DNA of 63,952 bases, filler included, from Candidatus Woesearchaeota archaeon (GCA_047603125.1; 6 parts of 6 records of this genome joined end to end with filler, not necessarily neighbours in it); one strand, 5' to 3'. Positions 49,933 through 61,218 are shown, counted from the whole stretch's first letter. A program made the numbers and translations. Notes: a model not told the origin generated them from the sequence alone.

Positions 49933-50032
49933 NNNNNNNNNNNNNNNNNNNNNNNNNNNNNNNNNNNNNNNNNNNNTTAATTAATTAANNNNNNNNNNNN
50001 NNNNNNNNNNNNNNNNNNNNNNNNNNNNNNNN
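49933..50032. other. Artificial contig spacer
   Basis: N run with TTAATTAATTAA core. Confidence 0.98.
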
Positions 50033-50166
50033 TTATTTTTAATAAAAAATAGCCAACTGTCAAATGAAATTCCCGCACTAAATAGTTGACAAACTGTCAA
50101 ACTTGGGTTGTAACCATTTTAAAGTAGATGAGCTTGATTATTTTGAAAAAAAGAAAGAGAAAGAAA

Positions 50167-50781
50167 TTAATCTTCCATAAATTGGTCAAGTGAAAATTCC
50201 ATCTCTTCTGGAGATGCAATCATTTTTCGATCCATCATATACTCGCGTGCAAGCAAATAAAAGTACAGACCAAGGCTCTTTCGACCCTTATTGTTACATG
50301 GAACAACAAAATCCACATTATTACATTGATTATTTGTGTCACAGAGTGCAATAACTGGAATACCCATTTTTATAGCATCTTCCATTGCGTTTCTATCCGC
50401 CCATGCATCCACAACAACTATAATCTTTACTTCCATAAAATTTTCAAGATTCGGATTTGTTAATACTCCAGGAGGATAGCGGCCTGCAAATGTTTTAATG
50501 CCCGTTAATTTGCCAAGCATTTTAACCGGAAGCCAGCCATTTTCTCGTCGACAAACAACGAGGATTTCTTGCGGCTCGTACTGTTTGAGTAAATTAAACG
50601 ACAAGCGAATTCTCTCATCTATTTTTGTTACATCCAGAACCGATAATCCATCCGGTCTTGTCTTGTAAATAAATGGAGCCATATGCTTTGACTTAAACTT
50701 TGTTCCTACATGTATTCCTGATTTTAAATACACTTCTTGTTCTACGAGTGCATCTTCACTCATTTTTGGTTCTTCTACCAT
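50167..50781 (-). CDS. rps2: 30S ribosomal protein uS2
   Basis: YLKSGIHVGT, GRYPPGVLTN, PVIALCDT, PCNNKG motifs. Confidence 0.97.
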   Translation of the reverse strand: MVEEPKMSEDALVEQEVYLKSGIHVGTKFKSKHMAPFIYKTRPDGLSVLDVTKIDERIRLSFNLLKQYEPQEILVVCRRENGWLPVKMLGKLTGIKTFAGRYPPGVLTNPNLENFMEVKIIVVVDAWADRNAMEDAIKMGIPVIALCDTNNQCNNVDFVVPCNNKGRKSLGLYFYLLAREYMMDRKMIASPEEMEFSLDQFMED

Positions 50782-50936
50782 TACTTATACCTTCGCATAC
50801 ACGATACTTTAAGAATCGCGTAGCAATTTTTTTCGCCTCATGCTACTTATAAACATCCTAGACTCACGATGTTTACGTCGGCTATGATGACGGGAAACAT
50901 TGAAACCTTTATAAAGGTGATTGTTTCAAATACATC

Positions 50937-51501
50937 ATGGAATTTTATTTAATACGCCACCCACATACAGAATTTAATATGCAAGGTCGAATTCAAGGCC
51001 ACGCAGACTCTCCCTTGACAAAAGAAAGTATTTTACTTGCGCAAAAAATAGGTCATTTTCTTAAAGATGAGCCAATCACGAAAATATATTCAAGCGACCT
51101 TGGGCGATGTGTGCAGACAAGTAAAATTATCAGCCAAATTCTTCAAGTTGAAATCGTCAAAACAAAACAACTTCGAGAACAAAATCTTGGGGACTTAAAT
51201 GGACAATTCAAGGATCAAATTGCAACAGAATACAATGAACATGACCCTTACCAAATTGCGACGAATGGCGAAAGTTGGACACAAATGAAAGAACGAATTT
51301 TACAGTATCTTATCAAATTGCAAAAAAAATGAAACCCAACCTATTCTTATTGTTACGCATAACGGCTGTGTTCAAGCAATCCTTAGCCAAGTGTATAATT
51401 GTGAATATCCAAACAAAAAATTAAATACTACAACTAAAGGCGTGCGATTATTTGAGTTGAGTAAAAAAGGATTGAAAATAAAAAGGGTTCTTATTAAATA
51501 A
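50937..51501 (+). pseudogene. Histidine phosphatase split by a frameshift in an A8 run (51322-51329)
   Basis: RH and SSDLGRC motifs in the first frame; ILIVTHNG continues in the +1 frame to TAA 51501. Confidence 0.75.
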
Positions 51502-51551
51502 AGCCCAAAACTCCTCAACCTTTATAAAAAACAAACGCCAAAGAAGTAATC

Positions 51552-51773
51552 ATGGATAAAAACATTCCTCGAAACGCCATTCGCACACTGCTCAAAGACA
51601 TGGGCGCTATTCGCGTTTCTGAAAAAGCTATTTCTCAATTTATTAAACAAATCGAACAAACTACTCAAGATATCGGACAACGCTCCTTAAAATATATGCG
51701 CCATGCAAAACGAAAGACTGTGCATGAGAGCGACATCGACCTGGCTATAAAAGACTATGAGAATCGCAATTGA
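51552..51773 (+). CDS. Archaeal histone (HMf-like)
   Basis: IPRNAIRTLLK..GAIRVS and HAKRKTV..SDI motifs. Confidence 0.92.
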   Translation: MDKNIPRNAIRTLLKDMGAIRVSEKAISQFIKQIEQTTQDIGQRSLKYMRHAKRKTVHESDIDLAIKDYENRN

Positions 51774-52491
51774 TATTGGTGGAACAAAAATTGCTGCAGG
51801 AGTCATACAAAAAAAAACTCTTCTCACAGTCATTGAACAACCAACGCAAACAAATATTGCAAAACAAATTCAAACGCTTATAGAACAATTAAACCCCAAA
51901 CAAAAAAAGATAACAAGAATCAGTATTGCATATCCATCACCCATTGTTAATAAGAAACTTGACTTTGCAAAAAATTTGAAAAAACAAGACGCACAACTTG
52001 TTAAAAAACTTCAAAAAATTGCACCCGTCTTTATTCAAAATGACGTAAACTGTGTAGCAGTAGGTTTACAGACACTTCAAAAAACTCCTAAAGATTTTGC
52101 CGTCATCAATATTGGAACAGGACTGGGATGTGCAATTGTTATTAACAAAAAACTTCTCAATGGTCATACAGGATATGCTGGAGAAATAGGAAATCTCCCA
52201 TATAAGGAGTCCATACTCGAAAATTATGTGAGCGGTCATTATTTTGAAACACATACAAAAAAACAATTGCGTGAATTTAGCCATCATCTTGCATATTGTA
52301 TTACACTTCTCTCCCTTGCTATCGATACTCCCGTTATTTATTTACATGGATCAGTCACGCAGGCATACAAACTATGTAAGAGTGATGTGCAAAAAGAATT
52401 GCAAAAAATCAATTCATTTCGAAAAAAACTTCCGCAAATAAAAATAATAACAAAAAACCATATCGCACTTATTGGTGCAGATAGTTTATAA
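51757..52491 (+). CDS. ROK family kinase
   Basis: IDIGGTK, QNDVN, GTGLG, AGEIG motifs. Confidence 0.9.
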   Translation: MRIAIDIGGTKIAAGVIQKKTLLTVIEQPTQTNIAKQIQTLIEQLNPKQKKITRISIAYPSPIVNKKLDFAKNLKKQDAQLVKKLQKIAPVFIQNDVNCVAVGLQTLQKTPKDFAVINIGTGLGCAIVINKKLLNGHTGYAGEIGNLPYKESILENYVSGHYFETHTKKQLREFSHHLAYCITLLSLAIDTPVIYLHGSVTQAYKLCKSDVQKELQKINSFRKKLPQIKIITKNHIALIGADSL

Positions 52492-52539
52492 AAATAAAAA
52501 CACCGCCTGAAGCGCACATCCACAAGCTTTATAAAAAAA

Positions 52540-53766
52540 ATGAAAACAGCCAATACCATGAAAACACTTGCAAAACAACTCAGCATAGCACTATTTTTAA
52601 TCGTTTCTATGAGCACACTTGCTCTTGCCCAAATTTCAGTTGTGTCTACGAATCCCGACCCAATAATCGCTGGAGAATATGCAGACATTACAGTCCAATT
52701 TCGACAAGGACCTATTTTTGCTGGTGACAAACGAACTGATGTCGAAATCAGTCTTATTGAAAATGAATTCATTAGACCCATTCCTGATCAAACATTACAT
52801 GTACGAGAAATATTTGAAAACCAAGTTGTTTCACGAACATTTCGCGCGTATTTTACTCGAGACATTCCCCCGGGGTTCATACCAATTAAAGTTTTAGTCA
52901 AAGATTCTCGAACAAGTGTTGAATACCAAGATAATATACTTATTCGAGAAACCGCACTTGACGCACAACTCCGTATAGGACAAGTACGAAGTATTCCTAA
53001 CAAACTCATCGCAGACACTACTGATAATCAGCTTCAACTTACACTTGAAAATCTTGGTGACAGACGAGCAGATTTACTCAAAATAACGCTGGAAGCCAAC
53101 GGCATTTCACAATCTTACTTTAATAGTTTGCAAACATCTATTTCTTCAATCGAACCAGGACAACAAGAAGTTATTACATTTGATTTTGATATTGATAAAA
53201 AACCAAACAATATTAACACACTCGCAGCAAATCTTTTCATAGAATATCGCGAAAGAAATAGACTCGACACAGGATTTCAGACAAGAACAGCACAACTTCC
53301 CTTTGAAATCATTTTAACTGATGCTCCTAATTTTGTATTTACAAATATCGAGCCTGAGCGACCGATTCAAGTAGGTGTAAAAGATCAGACTATTCGAGCG
53401 ACAATTACTAATGAGAATCAACGAAAAGGTGAGAATGTCAGACTTCGCTTATTCCCAGATCCCGCATCACCATTTGACTTTGAAAAAACAACCTATTTTG
53501 TTACACCAAGACTTGAACAAAATAAAGAAAGTTCTGTGCTCATAGAATTTGATGTTCTTCCAAACGCAATTACGCAAGAATATATTGTACTGGCCCAAAT
53601 AGAGAGTTTTATAGGACAGAACCGATTTGTACAAACAAAAGAACTTATTATTGATGTTCAAGAAGAACGACCAACAACAATACGCCAAAATGCAATTGCT
53701 ATTATCATCGCTCTTGTCGTAATTGCTTCAATCATAGGATTTTTTTCTTTTAAGAAAAGAAAATGA
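52540..53766 (+). CDS. COG1361-type S-layer/Ig-like surface protein
   Basis: Signal peptide, three beta-sandwich repeats, C-terminal TM helix with basic tail. Confidence 0.75.
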   Translation: MKTANTMKTLAKQLSIALFLIVSMSTLALAQISVVSTNPDPIIAGEYADITVQFRQGPIFAGDKRTDVEISLIENEFIRPIPDQTLHVREIFENQVVSRTFRAYFTRDIPPGFIPIKVLVKDSRTSVEYQDNILIRETALDAQLRIGQVRSIPNKLIADTTDNQLQLTLENLGDRRADLLKITLEANGISQSYFNSLQTSISSIEPGQQEVITFDFDIDKKPNNINTLAANLFIEYRERNRLDTGFQTRTAQLPFEIILTDAPNFVFTNIEPERPIQVGVKDQTIRATITNENQRKGENVRLRLFPDPASPFDFEKTTYFVTPRLEQNKESSVLIEFDVLPNAITQEYIVLAQIESFIGQNRFVQTKELIIDVQEERPTTIRQNAIAIIIALVVIASIIGFFSFKKRK

Positions 53767-55856
53767 TTGAAAAAGCAGTCAATAAACTCCTGGATTTTTC
53801 AAAAATACTTGTGTTTGGTTTTCTTGCACTCTTTGTTATTTTGTTTTTTTTTGCATTACAATTACAAATTGACCCTTCTTTTTCTTCGCTTATTAGCGAT
53901 GACACAGAATTTAACACAAATGAGCGACTATTAGGAAATATTCTTGGAACTTCTGATACGTTTATCATTATTGCAAAACTGGATGAAACCTCCTTTCTTT
54001 TAGAAAGACCCCTTGAACTATCCCAGCCACAAATACAAGAACATCTTGAGCTTATTCGAACAACAGTGAATCAGAGTCAATTTGTACGTCAAGTTCTTCC
54101 AGTACAGATGACTGATGATCAGACCTATGCGCAAATTATTATTCAAACAGCAACACCGCGCAATATTCAAGGATTTGCTGATGTCATTGATGATATAGAA
54201 CGCCATTTTTTACTTGTGAACACCTACCCTGGACTTGACATTAGTCTTACGGGTTTTCCTCTTCTTCTTAATGAAGTAAATACACTCATTATTTCAGATA
54301 ATATTAAAACAATTGCATTTACTATCATTGCAATATTTCTTGTACTCTATGCCTACTTTCGAAGCCTTCGCTTAACTATGATTACACTTTTGATTCCTCT
54401 TATGAGTGTTGTTATGCTGGGAGGCGTCATGAGTTTTTTTTCCATACCTATTTCAATTACACTGGCTATTGTTGGAATTTTAACCGTTGCGCTCGGTGTT
54501 GATTTTGCCATTCACCTCATTGTTTCTTACGAATCCTATCTTGAAAAAAGAAATTCTCATAGGAAAAGTATTGTTCTTGCGGTGAAGCATTTGTATCTGG
54601 CGATTATAGCATCATTTCTTACGACTGCTGCCGGATTTAGCGCACTTATTTTTGGCATTTCACCCGCAACGCAGAGTCAAGGAATTGTCCTTATGATTGC
54701 AATTTCTATCATTGCACTTTTAACGATTATTTTCTTTCCTTGTGCAATTTATCTTTTTAGTGATGGGCATCTACCACCAAAAAATCCTCTGTTTGAGAGC
54801 ATCAAACGCTTTCTAGGAAAATTTGCGATTGTACAAGCAAGGCGTCCTAAAACTGTCCTCCTCTTTTTAGGTATAGCCACTGTTTTTCTCTTCGGAGGCG
54901 TTGTTCAAATTGGCTTTGATACGAGCAACGATAATTGGATTCCACCCGATAATCCCATTCAAGATAGCTTTCGTGAAAATAGTTATGCTTTTGGAAATGA
55001 TTTTTCAACACTACAAATTATACTCACATCACAAGAAAGAAATCTCAAAGATGTGCAAGTCGTTCGTGATATTCAAAACCTTCAAGCACAATTACTTGCC
55101 ATACCAGAAGTTGAGACTATTCGGAGCCCATTTACCGACCTTCCTTTAGATCAAACACTCATTCATGAACAAATAGATGGAACTAATTTTAATGAAGACT
55201 TTACATTCACTGCACTCACACTTCAAGCAACATCCTTTGACTCAGATGCAGGCGGAGATTCAGTTGTTCTTGAACATATCCGCGAGCGAATTGATCAAAA
55301 TCCAATCTACTATACTGAAGTCGGTCTGTTTGGAGATGTTATTAGATTTCGAGAACTTGGAGAAAGCTTGGGAAGGGATACTGGAATCACAACAATTTTG
55401 AGTTTTCTCTTTGTTTTTCTTATTGCATCAGTCATATATCTCTCTTTTGCTGTTGGTATGATTGCAATCTCACCAATAATTATTGGAATTATTTGGACAC
55501 TGGGGTTCATGGGCTATTTTCAAGTCCCCTTTACAAGCCTGAGTACTGGGCTTATTGCACTCGTTTTAGGAATTGGGATTGATTTTTCCATTCATTTAGT
55601 AAATAGTACAAGAAATTATGTACGGGACGGAATTCCTCTTGAAAAAGCATTACAAAAAACAATGACGTATTCGGGAGGCGCACTGCTATTAACAAGTGTC
55701 ACGACATTCATCGGATTCTTCTCACTTATTCTAGCCTCCCTCCTTGGTATACAGCGACTAGGACTGAGTCTTGCATTTAGTATTTTGGCTGTTTTTTTAG
55801 TGACAATTATTATGGTTCCAAGCGTTTTACAACTCACACTAAAAAAGAAAACATAG
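53763..55856 (+). CDS. RND/MMPL family transporter
   Basis: Two halves with GVDFAIH and GIDFSIH motifs, about 12 TM segments. Confidence 0.9.
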   Translation: MIEKAVNKLLDFSKILVFGFLALFVILFFFALQLQIDPSFSSLISDDTEFNTNERLLGNILGTSDTFIIIAKLDETSFLLERPLELSQPQIQEHLELIRTTVNQSQFVRQVLPVQMTDDQTYAQIIIQTATPRNIQGFADVIDDIERHFLLVNTYPGLDISLTGFPLLLNEVNTLIISDNIKTIAFTIIAIFLVLYAYFRSLRLTMITLLIPLMSVVMLGGVMSFFSIPISITLAIVGILTVALGVDFAIHLIVSYESYLEKRNSHRKSIVLAVKHLYLAIIASFLTTAAGFSALIFGISPATQSQGIVLMIAISIIALLTIIFFPCAIYLFSDGHLPPKNPLFESIKRFLGKFAIVQARRPKTVLLFLGIATVFLFGGVVQIGFDTSNDNWIPPDNPIQDSFRENSYAFGNDFSTLQIILTSQERNLKDVQVVRDIQNLQAQLLAIPEVETIRSPFTDLPLDQTLIHEQIDGTNFNEDFTFTALTLQATSFDSDAGGDSVVLEHIRERIDQNPIYYTEVGLFGDVIRFRELGESLGRDTGITTILSFLFVFLIASVIYLSFAVGMIAISPIIIGIIWTLGFMGYFQVPFTSLSTGLIALVLGIGIDFSIHLVNSTRNYVRDGIPLEKALQKTMTYSGGALLLTSVTTFIGFFSLILASLLGIQRLGLSLAFSILAVFLVTIIMVPSVLQLTLKKKT

Positions 55857-56747
55857 TTACAATTTTATTTTCATAAAATCATGTGCAAGCTTTGTATTTT
55901 CAAAATAAAGTTTTGCTTGCTCTTCTAAAATAGTTGCATCTTTGTAACGCTGCGAAACATGTGTCAAGTATAGTGCTCCAACATTTGCTGCGTTTGCAAT
56001 TTGTGCTGCTTGCTCACTTGTCAGATGAAAATATTCTTGTGCTCGATTCTCGTGTTCTTTTGCATACGTTGATTCTATGATTGCAACATCTGCATCTTGG
56101 CATAAATCAACTGCTTGCTGACAATACACCGTGTCTCCTATATAGGCAAACTTTTTTGGTGCAACTGTAAATGTTACATCTTTTGCACGAATAGTTTTTT
56201 TCCCATGAGTCACGTCTTTTCCTTGCTGTAATTCTGCTAACAACGGCCCTTGTTCTAAACCCAGTGCTTTTGCTTTTTGCATATCAATTCGAAGCCGTTC
56301 TTTTTCTATAAAACAAAATCCGACACACGGAATGCCATGCTCTAAAATATCTGCATGAATCTCATATTTTTTCTTCTGCACGACAATTGCTTTTTGAGAG
56401 ATTTCATGAACCTGTAAATCTACTAATAAATCAAAATATGTTGCTGCAAGTAGATGGTCGAGGCGCTCCTTTGTTCCAACGGGACCGTAAATATCTAAGC
56501 GCTGTTTTTCTAAATTTCCAATTGTTTGAATGAGCCCTAAAAGACCCGCAACATGATCGGCATGCCAGTGACTAATGAATACTTTTTTTACTTTTTGACG
56601 ACTTAAACCCGCAATCGCCATTTGACGCTGCGTTCCTTCACCACAATCAAAAAGCATGCCCTCTCCTTCAAACTCCAAATAGGTAGCACTTACATTTCTC
56701 TCCTTTGTTGGAACCATACAACTTGTCCCTAATATTATAATCTGCAT
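55857..56747 (-). CDS. rnz: Ribonuclease Z
   Basis: LGTS..PT, DCGEGTQ, HWHADH, GDT, THVSQRY motifs. Confidence 0.95.
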   Translation of the reverse strand: MQIIILGTSCMVPTKERNVSATYLEFEGEGMLFDCGEGTQRQMAIAGLSRQKVKKVFISHWHADHVAGLLGLIQTIGNLEKQRLDIYGPVGTKERLDHLLAATYFDLLVDLQVHEISQKAIVVQKKKYEIHADILEHGIPCVGFCFIEKERLRIDMQKAKALGLEQGPLLAELQQGKDVTHGKKTIRAKDVTFTVAPKKFAYIGDTVYCQQAVDLCQDADVAIIESTYAKEHENRAQEYFHLTSEQAAQIANAANVGALYLTHVSQRYKDATILEEQAKLYFENTKLAHDFMKIKL

Positions 56748-56769
56748 ATACATAAGAAAATGCATGGAT

Positions 56770-56777
56770 TTTATAAA
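56770..56777. promoter_or_regulatory. Palindromic TATA box, possible bidirectional promoter
   Basis: TTTATAAA lies 23 nt from both divergent ATGs (56747 and 56800). Confidence 0.55.
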
Positions 56778-56799
56778 CATTGAGGTTTATCTAGACCCT

Positions 56800-58761
56800 A
56801 TGAAATCTTGCAAAAAAACGGCCTTTTTTTTAAAAAAGATGGGTCGACTACTCAAAAGAAAACGCGTCTATATACCAATTATATTAGTTTGCTTTCTTGT
56901 AGTCATTTCTCTTGCATTTTTACAAATTTCAATTAGTCTGCAAGATCCTCTTGTTTTGGAATTCTCACCTCAAACACAAATTGTTCAAACGCAACGTAAT
57001 CAAACTACAACAGTTTCCACACAGCTCTTACAAACAGCAGGTCATTGTCAAGCAAGTTGTCAAATTCAACACTTTGATGGATACACAGGTCAAACACGTC
57101 ACATTACGCAAGGATCACTTCCACTTGACATATCATTTCAAATTCAATCGCCACCCCTCGGACAAGGTTTTGCCCCACATTCTATTTATGCCACTTGTGT
57201 TATTGAACCATCACAAAACTGTCCGCGAAATTTGCGACTTGCATCCTCATTTGTCATGAACACATTTTCGTTTCAAGCGCAAGATAATATTGCACTTGAA
57301 TCTGAGCTGAAACAAACAACAGTACTTGCGGCTCAAATTGAACAATATGCACACATTCAATTCCACCCCATTCAAGAACAGATAAGGAGATATCAGTCTT
57401 TAGACACAACATTTCAAACCATTCTTACGCGATGGAATCAACAGCTATACCACCAAATTTCACCCGGTACGCTCGCGTCTCTTCACAGAACATTTGAGCA
57501 AATAAATGCCAGTCTAGAACGAGAGTTTGAACAATATCACAATAGAATCATCTTGCAAAACCAAATGCGCACAGAATACGAACACATTGTTAATCAAACA
57601 CAACCACTTCTGAAACTCACCTATACATATGAAACGCCATTTGAACTCTTTTTTTTACAATTAGAACGAGCATTACAAAGCGGCCATAATAATAGTGCAA
57701 TCTTTGAGCAAATTGATCCGATTAAAAACTATCTACAAGCAAGAGATGCCTTTTTAGAGCAAACGGCACAAATCTATAACACCAGTGCAAGCTGTGAAGC
57801 TTTTCATGAGCAAAATATAACAACAAATATGAGTGAACAATTTTGTACACCTCGCCAAAGACCCCACCCACAATGGAATTTAACTGCACGTATGCAAGAA
57901 ATACCAACAAAACAAGAAACGCAGGTCGCATCTGTTAAACCAATTATTGAACAATGCTGTTATTCAGGAGTGTGTCAGGTTTGCCAAGAACAAACACCCA
58001 TACTTCTTATCCACGGTCATCTTTTTAACGAAAATAATGATCCGGCACAAACACTCCAAGGCTTTACACTTTTGCAGCGATCACTCACAGACTTAGGGTA
58101 TATGAATGGAGGAATTCTTGACCCGCGCGCCGCCTCACAATTACAAGCTCGAGGATTTCCTATCACAAAAAGAGCAAGCTATTATTACATCACTACATAC
58201 TCAGTTGGCGAATTACAAATAAATGTACAAACTACTGAGCGCATTGAAAACTATGCACTGCGATTGCGAGAAATTATAGAACAAACAAAACAAATTGCTG
58301 GCGCTCAAAATGTTACCATCATTGCACATTCTATGGGGGGGCTTGTTGCTCGCGAATACCTGACTTTATTCGGACATGATGATGTGGACACACTTATTCT
58401 TATCGGGACACCAAACTTTGGTATAGAAGGGAGGGTCAGCCAAGTATGTCCTATTTTTGGCTCACAGCGAGAATGTGACGATATGCGCACAGGAAGTGTC
58501 TTTTTACAAAGACTCAATAACAATCCCCGCTCAATTATCGAAAACAAAACATTTATGATTTATGGAACAGGCTGTAACACGGATGGACAAGATGGGGACG
58601 GAATTGTCTCTATTGAGAATGCTCAACTGCCCGGTGCAACAAATATTCAAATCAATGGAACATGCACGGATCGATTTTCTACCAGTTTTCACTCACAAAT
58701 GACTGACCCTCGATTATATCCGCAAGTGTTAACACATATTCAACAAATTATTACACGCTAG
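56800..58761 (+). CDS. Membrane-anchored protein with C-terminal alpha/beta hydrolase domain
   Basis: TM helix, Cys-containing extracellular region, LIHG, AHSMGG, GDGIV, FH motifs. Confidence 0.8.
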   Translation: MKSCKKTAFFLKKMGRLLKRKRVYIPIILVCFLVVISLAFLQISISLQDPLVLEFSPQTQIVQTQRNQTTTVSTQLLQTAGHCQASCQIQHFDGYTGQTRHITQGSLPLDISFQIQSPPLGQGFAPHSIYATCVIEPSQNCPRNLRLASSFVMNTFSFQAQDNIALESELKQTTVLAAQIEQYAHIQFHPIQEQIRRYQSLDTTFQTILTRWNQQLYHQISPGTLASLHRTFEQINASLEREFEQYHNRIILQNQMRTEYEHIVNQTQPLLKLTYTYETPFELFFLQLERALQSGHNNSAIFEQIDPIKNYLQARDAFLEQTAQIYNTSASCEAFHEQNITTNMSEQFCTPRQRPHPQWNLTARMQEIPTKQETQVASVKPIIEQCCYSGVCQVCQEQTPILLIHGHLFNENNDPAQTLQGFTLLQRSLTDLGYMNGGILDPRAASQLQARGFPITKRASYYYITTYSVGELQINVQTTERIENYALRLREIIEQTKQIAGAQNVTIIAHSMGGLVAREYLTLFGHDDVDTLILIGTPNFGIEGRVSQVCPIFGSQRECDDMRTGSVFLQRLNNNPRSIIENKTFMIYGTGCNTDGQDGDGIVSIENAQLPGATNIQINGTCTDRFSTSFHSQMTDPRLYPQVLTHIQQIITR

Positions 58762-58828
58762 TGTGTACAAACGTAAAAAAATCAAAAATTCACATACTTT
58801 TAAAAATACAAACATCTCAAAAGAGTTC

Positions 58829-59746
58829 ATGGTAACTATATACCCCGAATTTGATCAAGTAGTACGCGATATAAAGTCTTTACATATTCAAGGAGCGCAA
58901 CGCATTGCAAAAGAAGGGTTTGCTGCATTTAAACATGTTGCACTTCAAGGGGCACACGATTTAGCACATTTGAGCGATTACGCAAGATTATTAAAAAAAG
59001 CAAAAGATGCACTCATACAAGCAAGAAGCACAGAGCCATTGTTACGCAATGTTTTACGTATCGTTTTTAATGATAAAGAAATTCTTAAATACCACACCAT
59101 TATTGAATTACACGAGCATATACAAAAAAAAGCAAAAATTGTCGAACAACATTTCGAGCAAGTGCACAAAATGATTCCAAGAATTGGAGCGCATAAAATC
59201 AAAGATGGTTTTACTGTATATACGCATTGCCATTCTTCAAATGTTGTCAATGCTATTTTAGAGGCAAATGCAAAAGGAAAAACACTTCGCGTCTGTAACA
59301 CAGAAACAAGACCAAAATTTCAAGGAAGAATCACTGCAAAAGAACTTGCACTCCATCAAATACCCGTTGAACACTTTGTTGATAGTGCCATGCGCCTTGC
59401 AATAAAAAAATGCGATATTGTTCTCATTGGTTGTGATGCAATTGACACGACAGGAAGGGTTTATAATAAAATCGGATCCGAACTTGTTTGTGAAACTGCT
59501 CATAAATATCAAAAGCCCGTCTACATTGTTACGGACTCATGGAAATTTGATCCAGAACATGAAAACGAGCCTATTGAAATGCGAGAGGCAAGTGAAGTAT
59601 GGGAAGATGCACCCGAAGGTGTGACAATATCAAACTATGCTTTTGAAAGAATTAATCCAGAGCTCATAACAGGCATTATCAGCGAATTTGGAATTCACAC
59701 AATTCCAGAATTTCTCAAGGAAGTACGAGAACGATATGATTTTTAA
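58829..59746 (+). CDS. Ribose-1,5-bisphosphate isomerase (eIF2B-like family)
   Basis: IQGA, THCHSS catalytic Cys, ETRP..QG, GCDAI catalytic Asp, NKIGS. Confidence 0.88.
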   Translation: MVTIYPEFDQVVRDIKSLHIQGAQRIAKEGFAAFKHVALQGAHDLAHLSDYARLLKKAKDALIQARSTEPLLRNVLRIVFNDKEILKYHTIIELHEHIQKKAKIVEQHFEQVHKMIPRIGAHKIKDGFTVYTHCHSSNVVNAILEANAKGKTLRVCNTETRPKFQGRITAKELALHQIPVEHFVDSAMRLAIKKCDIVLIGCDAIDTTGRVYNKIGSELVCETAHKYQKPVYIVTDSWKFDPEHENEPIEMREASEVWEDAPEGVTISNYAFERINPELITGIISEFGIHTIPEFLKEVRERYDF

Positions 59747-59755
59747 GGTGAAATA

Positions 59756-60208
59756 ATGAAAAAACAACAAATTTTATACAAAAAAAACTGCACAATACTA
59801 AAACAACTCTTAGCAGACGAGCAAATATTGCTTGCAAAAACACGAAATTTTCACTGGAATCTTACTGGTGATCAATTTCTCTCACTTCACAAACTTTTTG
59901 ACGATCAATATGAACAACTTGCTTCACTCATTGATGAAATTGCAGAACGAATTCGTCAATTACATGATAGTGCACCTGGCACACTTCGCGAATATTTAGC
60001 GATGACAAAACTCAAGGAACCTGCAAAAAAAACAATGACGCAAAAGCAAATGATAACAGAATTACTTAGCGATCATACGGCACTTATTGACTCCCTTCGA
60101 AAAAATATACCTGCTGCAGAACAAAAAGATGCAGGAACGGTTGATTTTTTAACGTCCATATTGCAAATTCATGAAAAAAACGCGTGGTTTTTGCAATCTC
60201 AGTTATAA
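59756..60208 (+). CDS. dps: Dps-family ferritin-like protein
   Basis: NFHWNLTG..F..LH and DEIAERI motifs. Confidence 0.93.
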   Translation: MKKQQILYKKNCTILKQLLADEQILLAKTRNFHWNLTGDQFLSLHKLFDDQYEQLASLIDEIAERIRQLHDSAPGTLREYLAMTKLKEPAKKTMTQKQMITELLSDHTALIDSLRKNIPAAEQKDAGTVDFLTSILQIHEKNAWFLQSQL

Positions 60209-60210
60209 TG

Positions 60211-61218
60211 TTAAAGGCACTCGATGTCAATACAGATTCTATGTATACGAACACCCTGCGTTCCACAAGTATGGATGCCTAATAGTTTGGTTTGCTTGTT
60301 TTTTTTTGAGAAAAAGTCCTGCAAATCTTTTGCACTTTGTTCAAATTCATTCTCTTTTGCAAAACAGTAAAAATGCAATATCGTATTTTTTTGAAAATGT
60401 GTATTTGCGCTTTCCAAAAACTCCCACGACGCTTTTGGATGATTCATAATAATGTGATCAAAAGACTGCTTTACTGTAAGCGCAATAGTTTGTGCATCTC
60501 CTTGTAGTATGTCTGCACGCACATGATTTTTTTTAAGATTTTGTTTAGCAAAACTGACCGCATCCGGATTAATTTCAATACCTGTGACATTTGCACCAAG
60601 TTTAGCAGCCTGAACAACAAGCGAGCCAACTCCACAAAACATATCAAGCACCCATTGACCTTGAGCTATTTGCGCGCAAAGACGCTCGCGCTCGCTTGCC
60701 ATGCGTGGAGAAAAATACGTTTTTTGAATATCCATCTCTAAACGAACACCGTTTTCTACATGAATTGTTTGTGTTGTTTTCTCTCCAGCTAAATGTCTGA
60801 CTTGTTGAATACGATACGGTCCTTGATGGGGGCCGTCTTTTCGAACAACGGTACGAACATGTGCGTGTGCGTCTAAAAGTAGCTGGGCAATCTTTTGTTC
60901 AAATGTTCGATATTGTTCATCAATTTCTAAAATGGCAATCGTTCCAATAATTTCAAAACTTGTTTTCACGCCTTTGGCTTGCGGTAATTCTTGCTCGATG
61001 AGTTCTTTTAAAGATTGTATTTTGATTTTTTTTGCAAATTCCTCATCAGACTTTTCTTCAAAATGTGTATCAGGATGAGAAAAAACGTTTTTGACAGGAA
61101 TAAATAAAAATTGTTCATCCGAAAAGACGCGAAACTTTGAATCTGAGATATCATGCTCTTTAATATATGCCAGAACATTTGGCGCATTTTTTTTCTCAAC
61201 AATTGCACAGAGGACCAT
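60211..61218 (-). CDS. Trm5/Taw2-family tRNA methyltransferase
   Basis: FEIIGTIAI, YFSPRMASER, DMFCGVG, EINP, IMNHP motifs. Confidence 0.88.
   Translation of the reverse strand: MVLCAIVEKKNAPNVLAYIKEHDISDSKFRVFSDEQFLFIPVKNVFSHPDTHFEEKSDEEFAKKIKIQSLKELIEQELPQAKGVKTSFEIIGTIAILEIDEQYRTFEQKIAQLLLDAHAHVRTVVRKDGPHQGPYRIQQVRHLAGEKTTQTIHVENGVRLEMDIQKTYFSPRMASERERLCAQIAQGQWVLDMFCGVGSLVVQAAKLGANVTGIEINPDAVSFAKQNLKKNHVRADILQGDAQTIALTVKQSFDHIIMNHPKASWEFLESANTHFQKNTILHFYCFAKENEFEQSAKDLQDFFSKKNKQTKLLGIHTCGTQGVRIHRICIDIECL

Noticed and set aside
50860..50905. Second box C/D sRNA (ATGATGA at about 50884)
   Set aside because: No correctly spaced CTGA boxes or second C box
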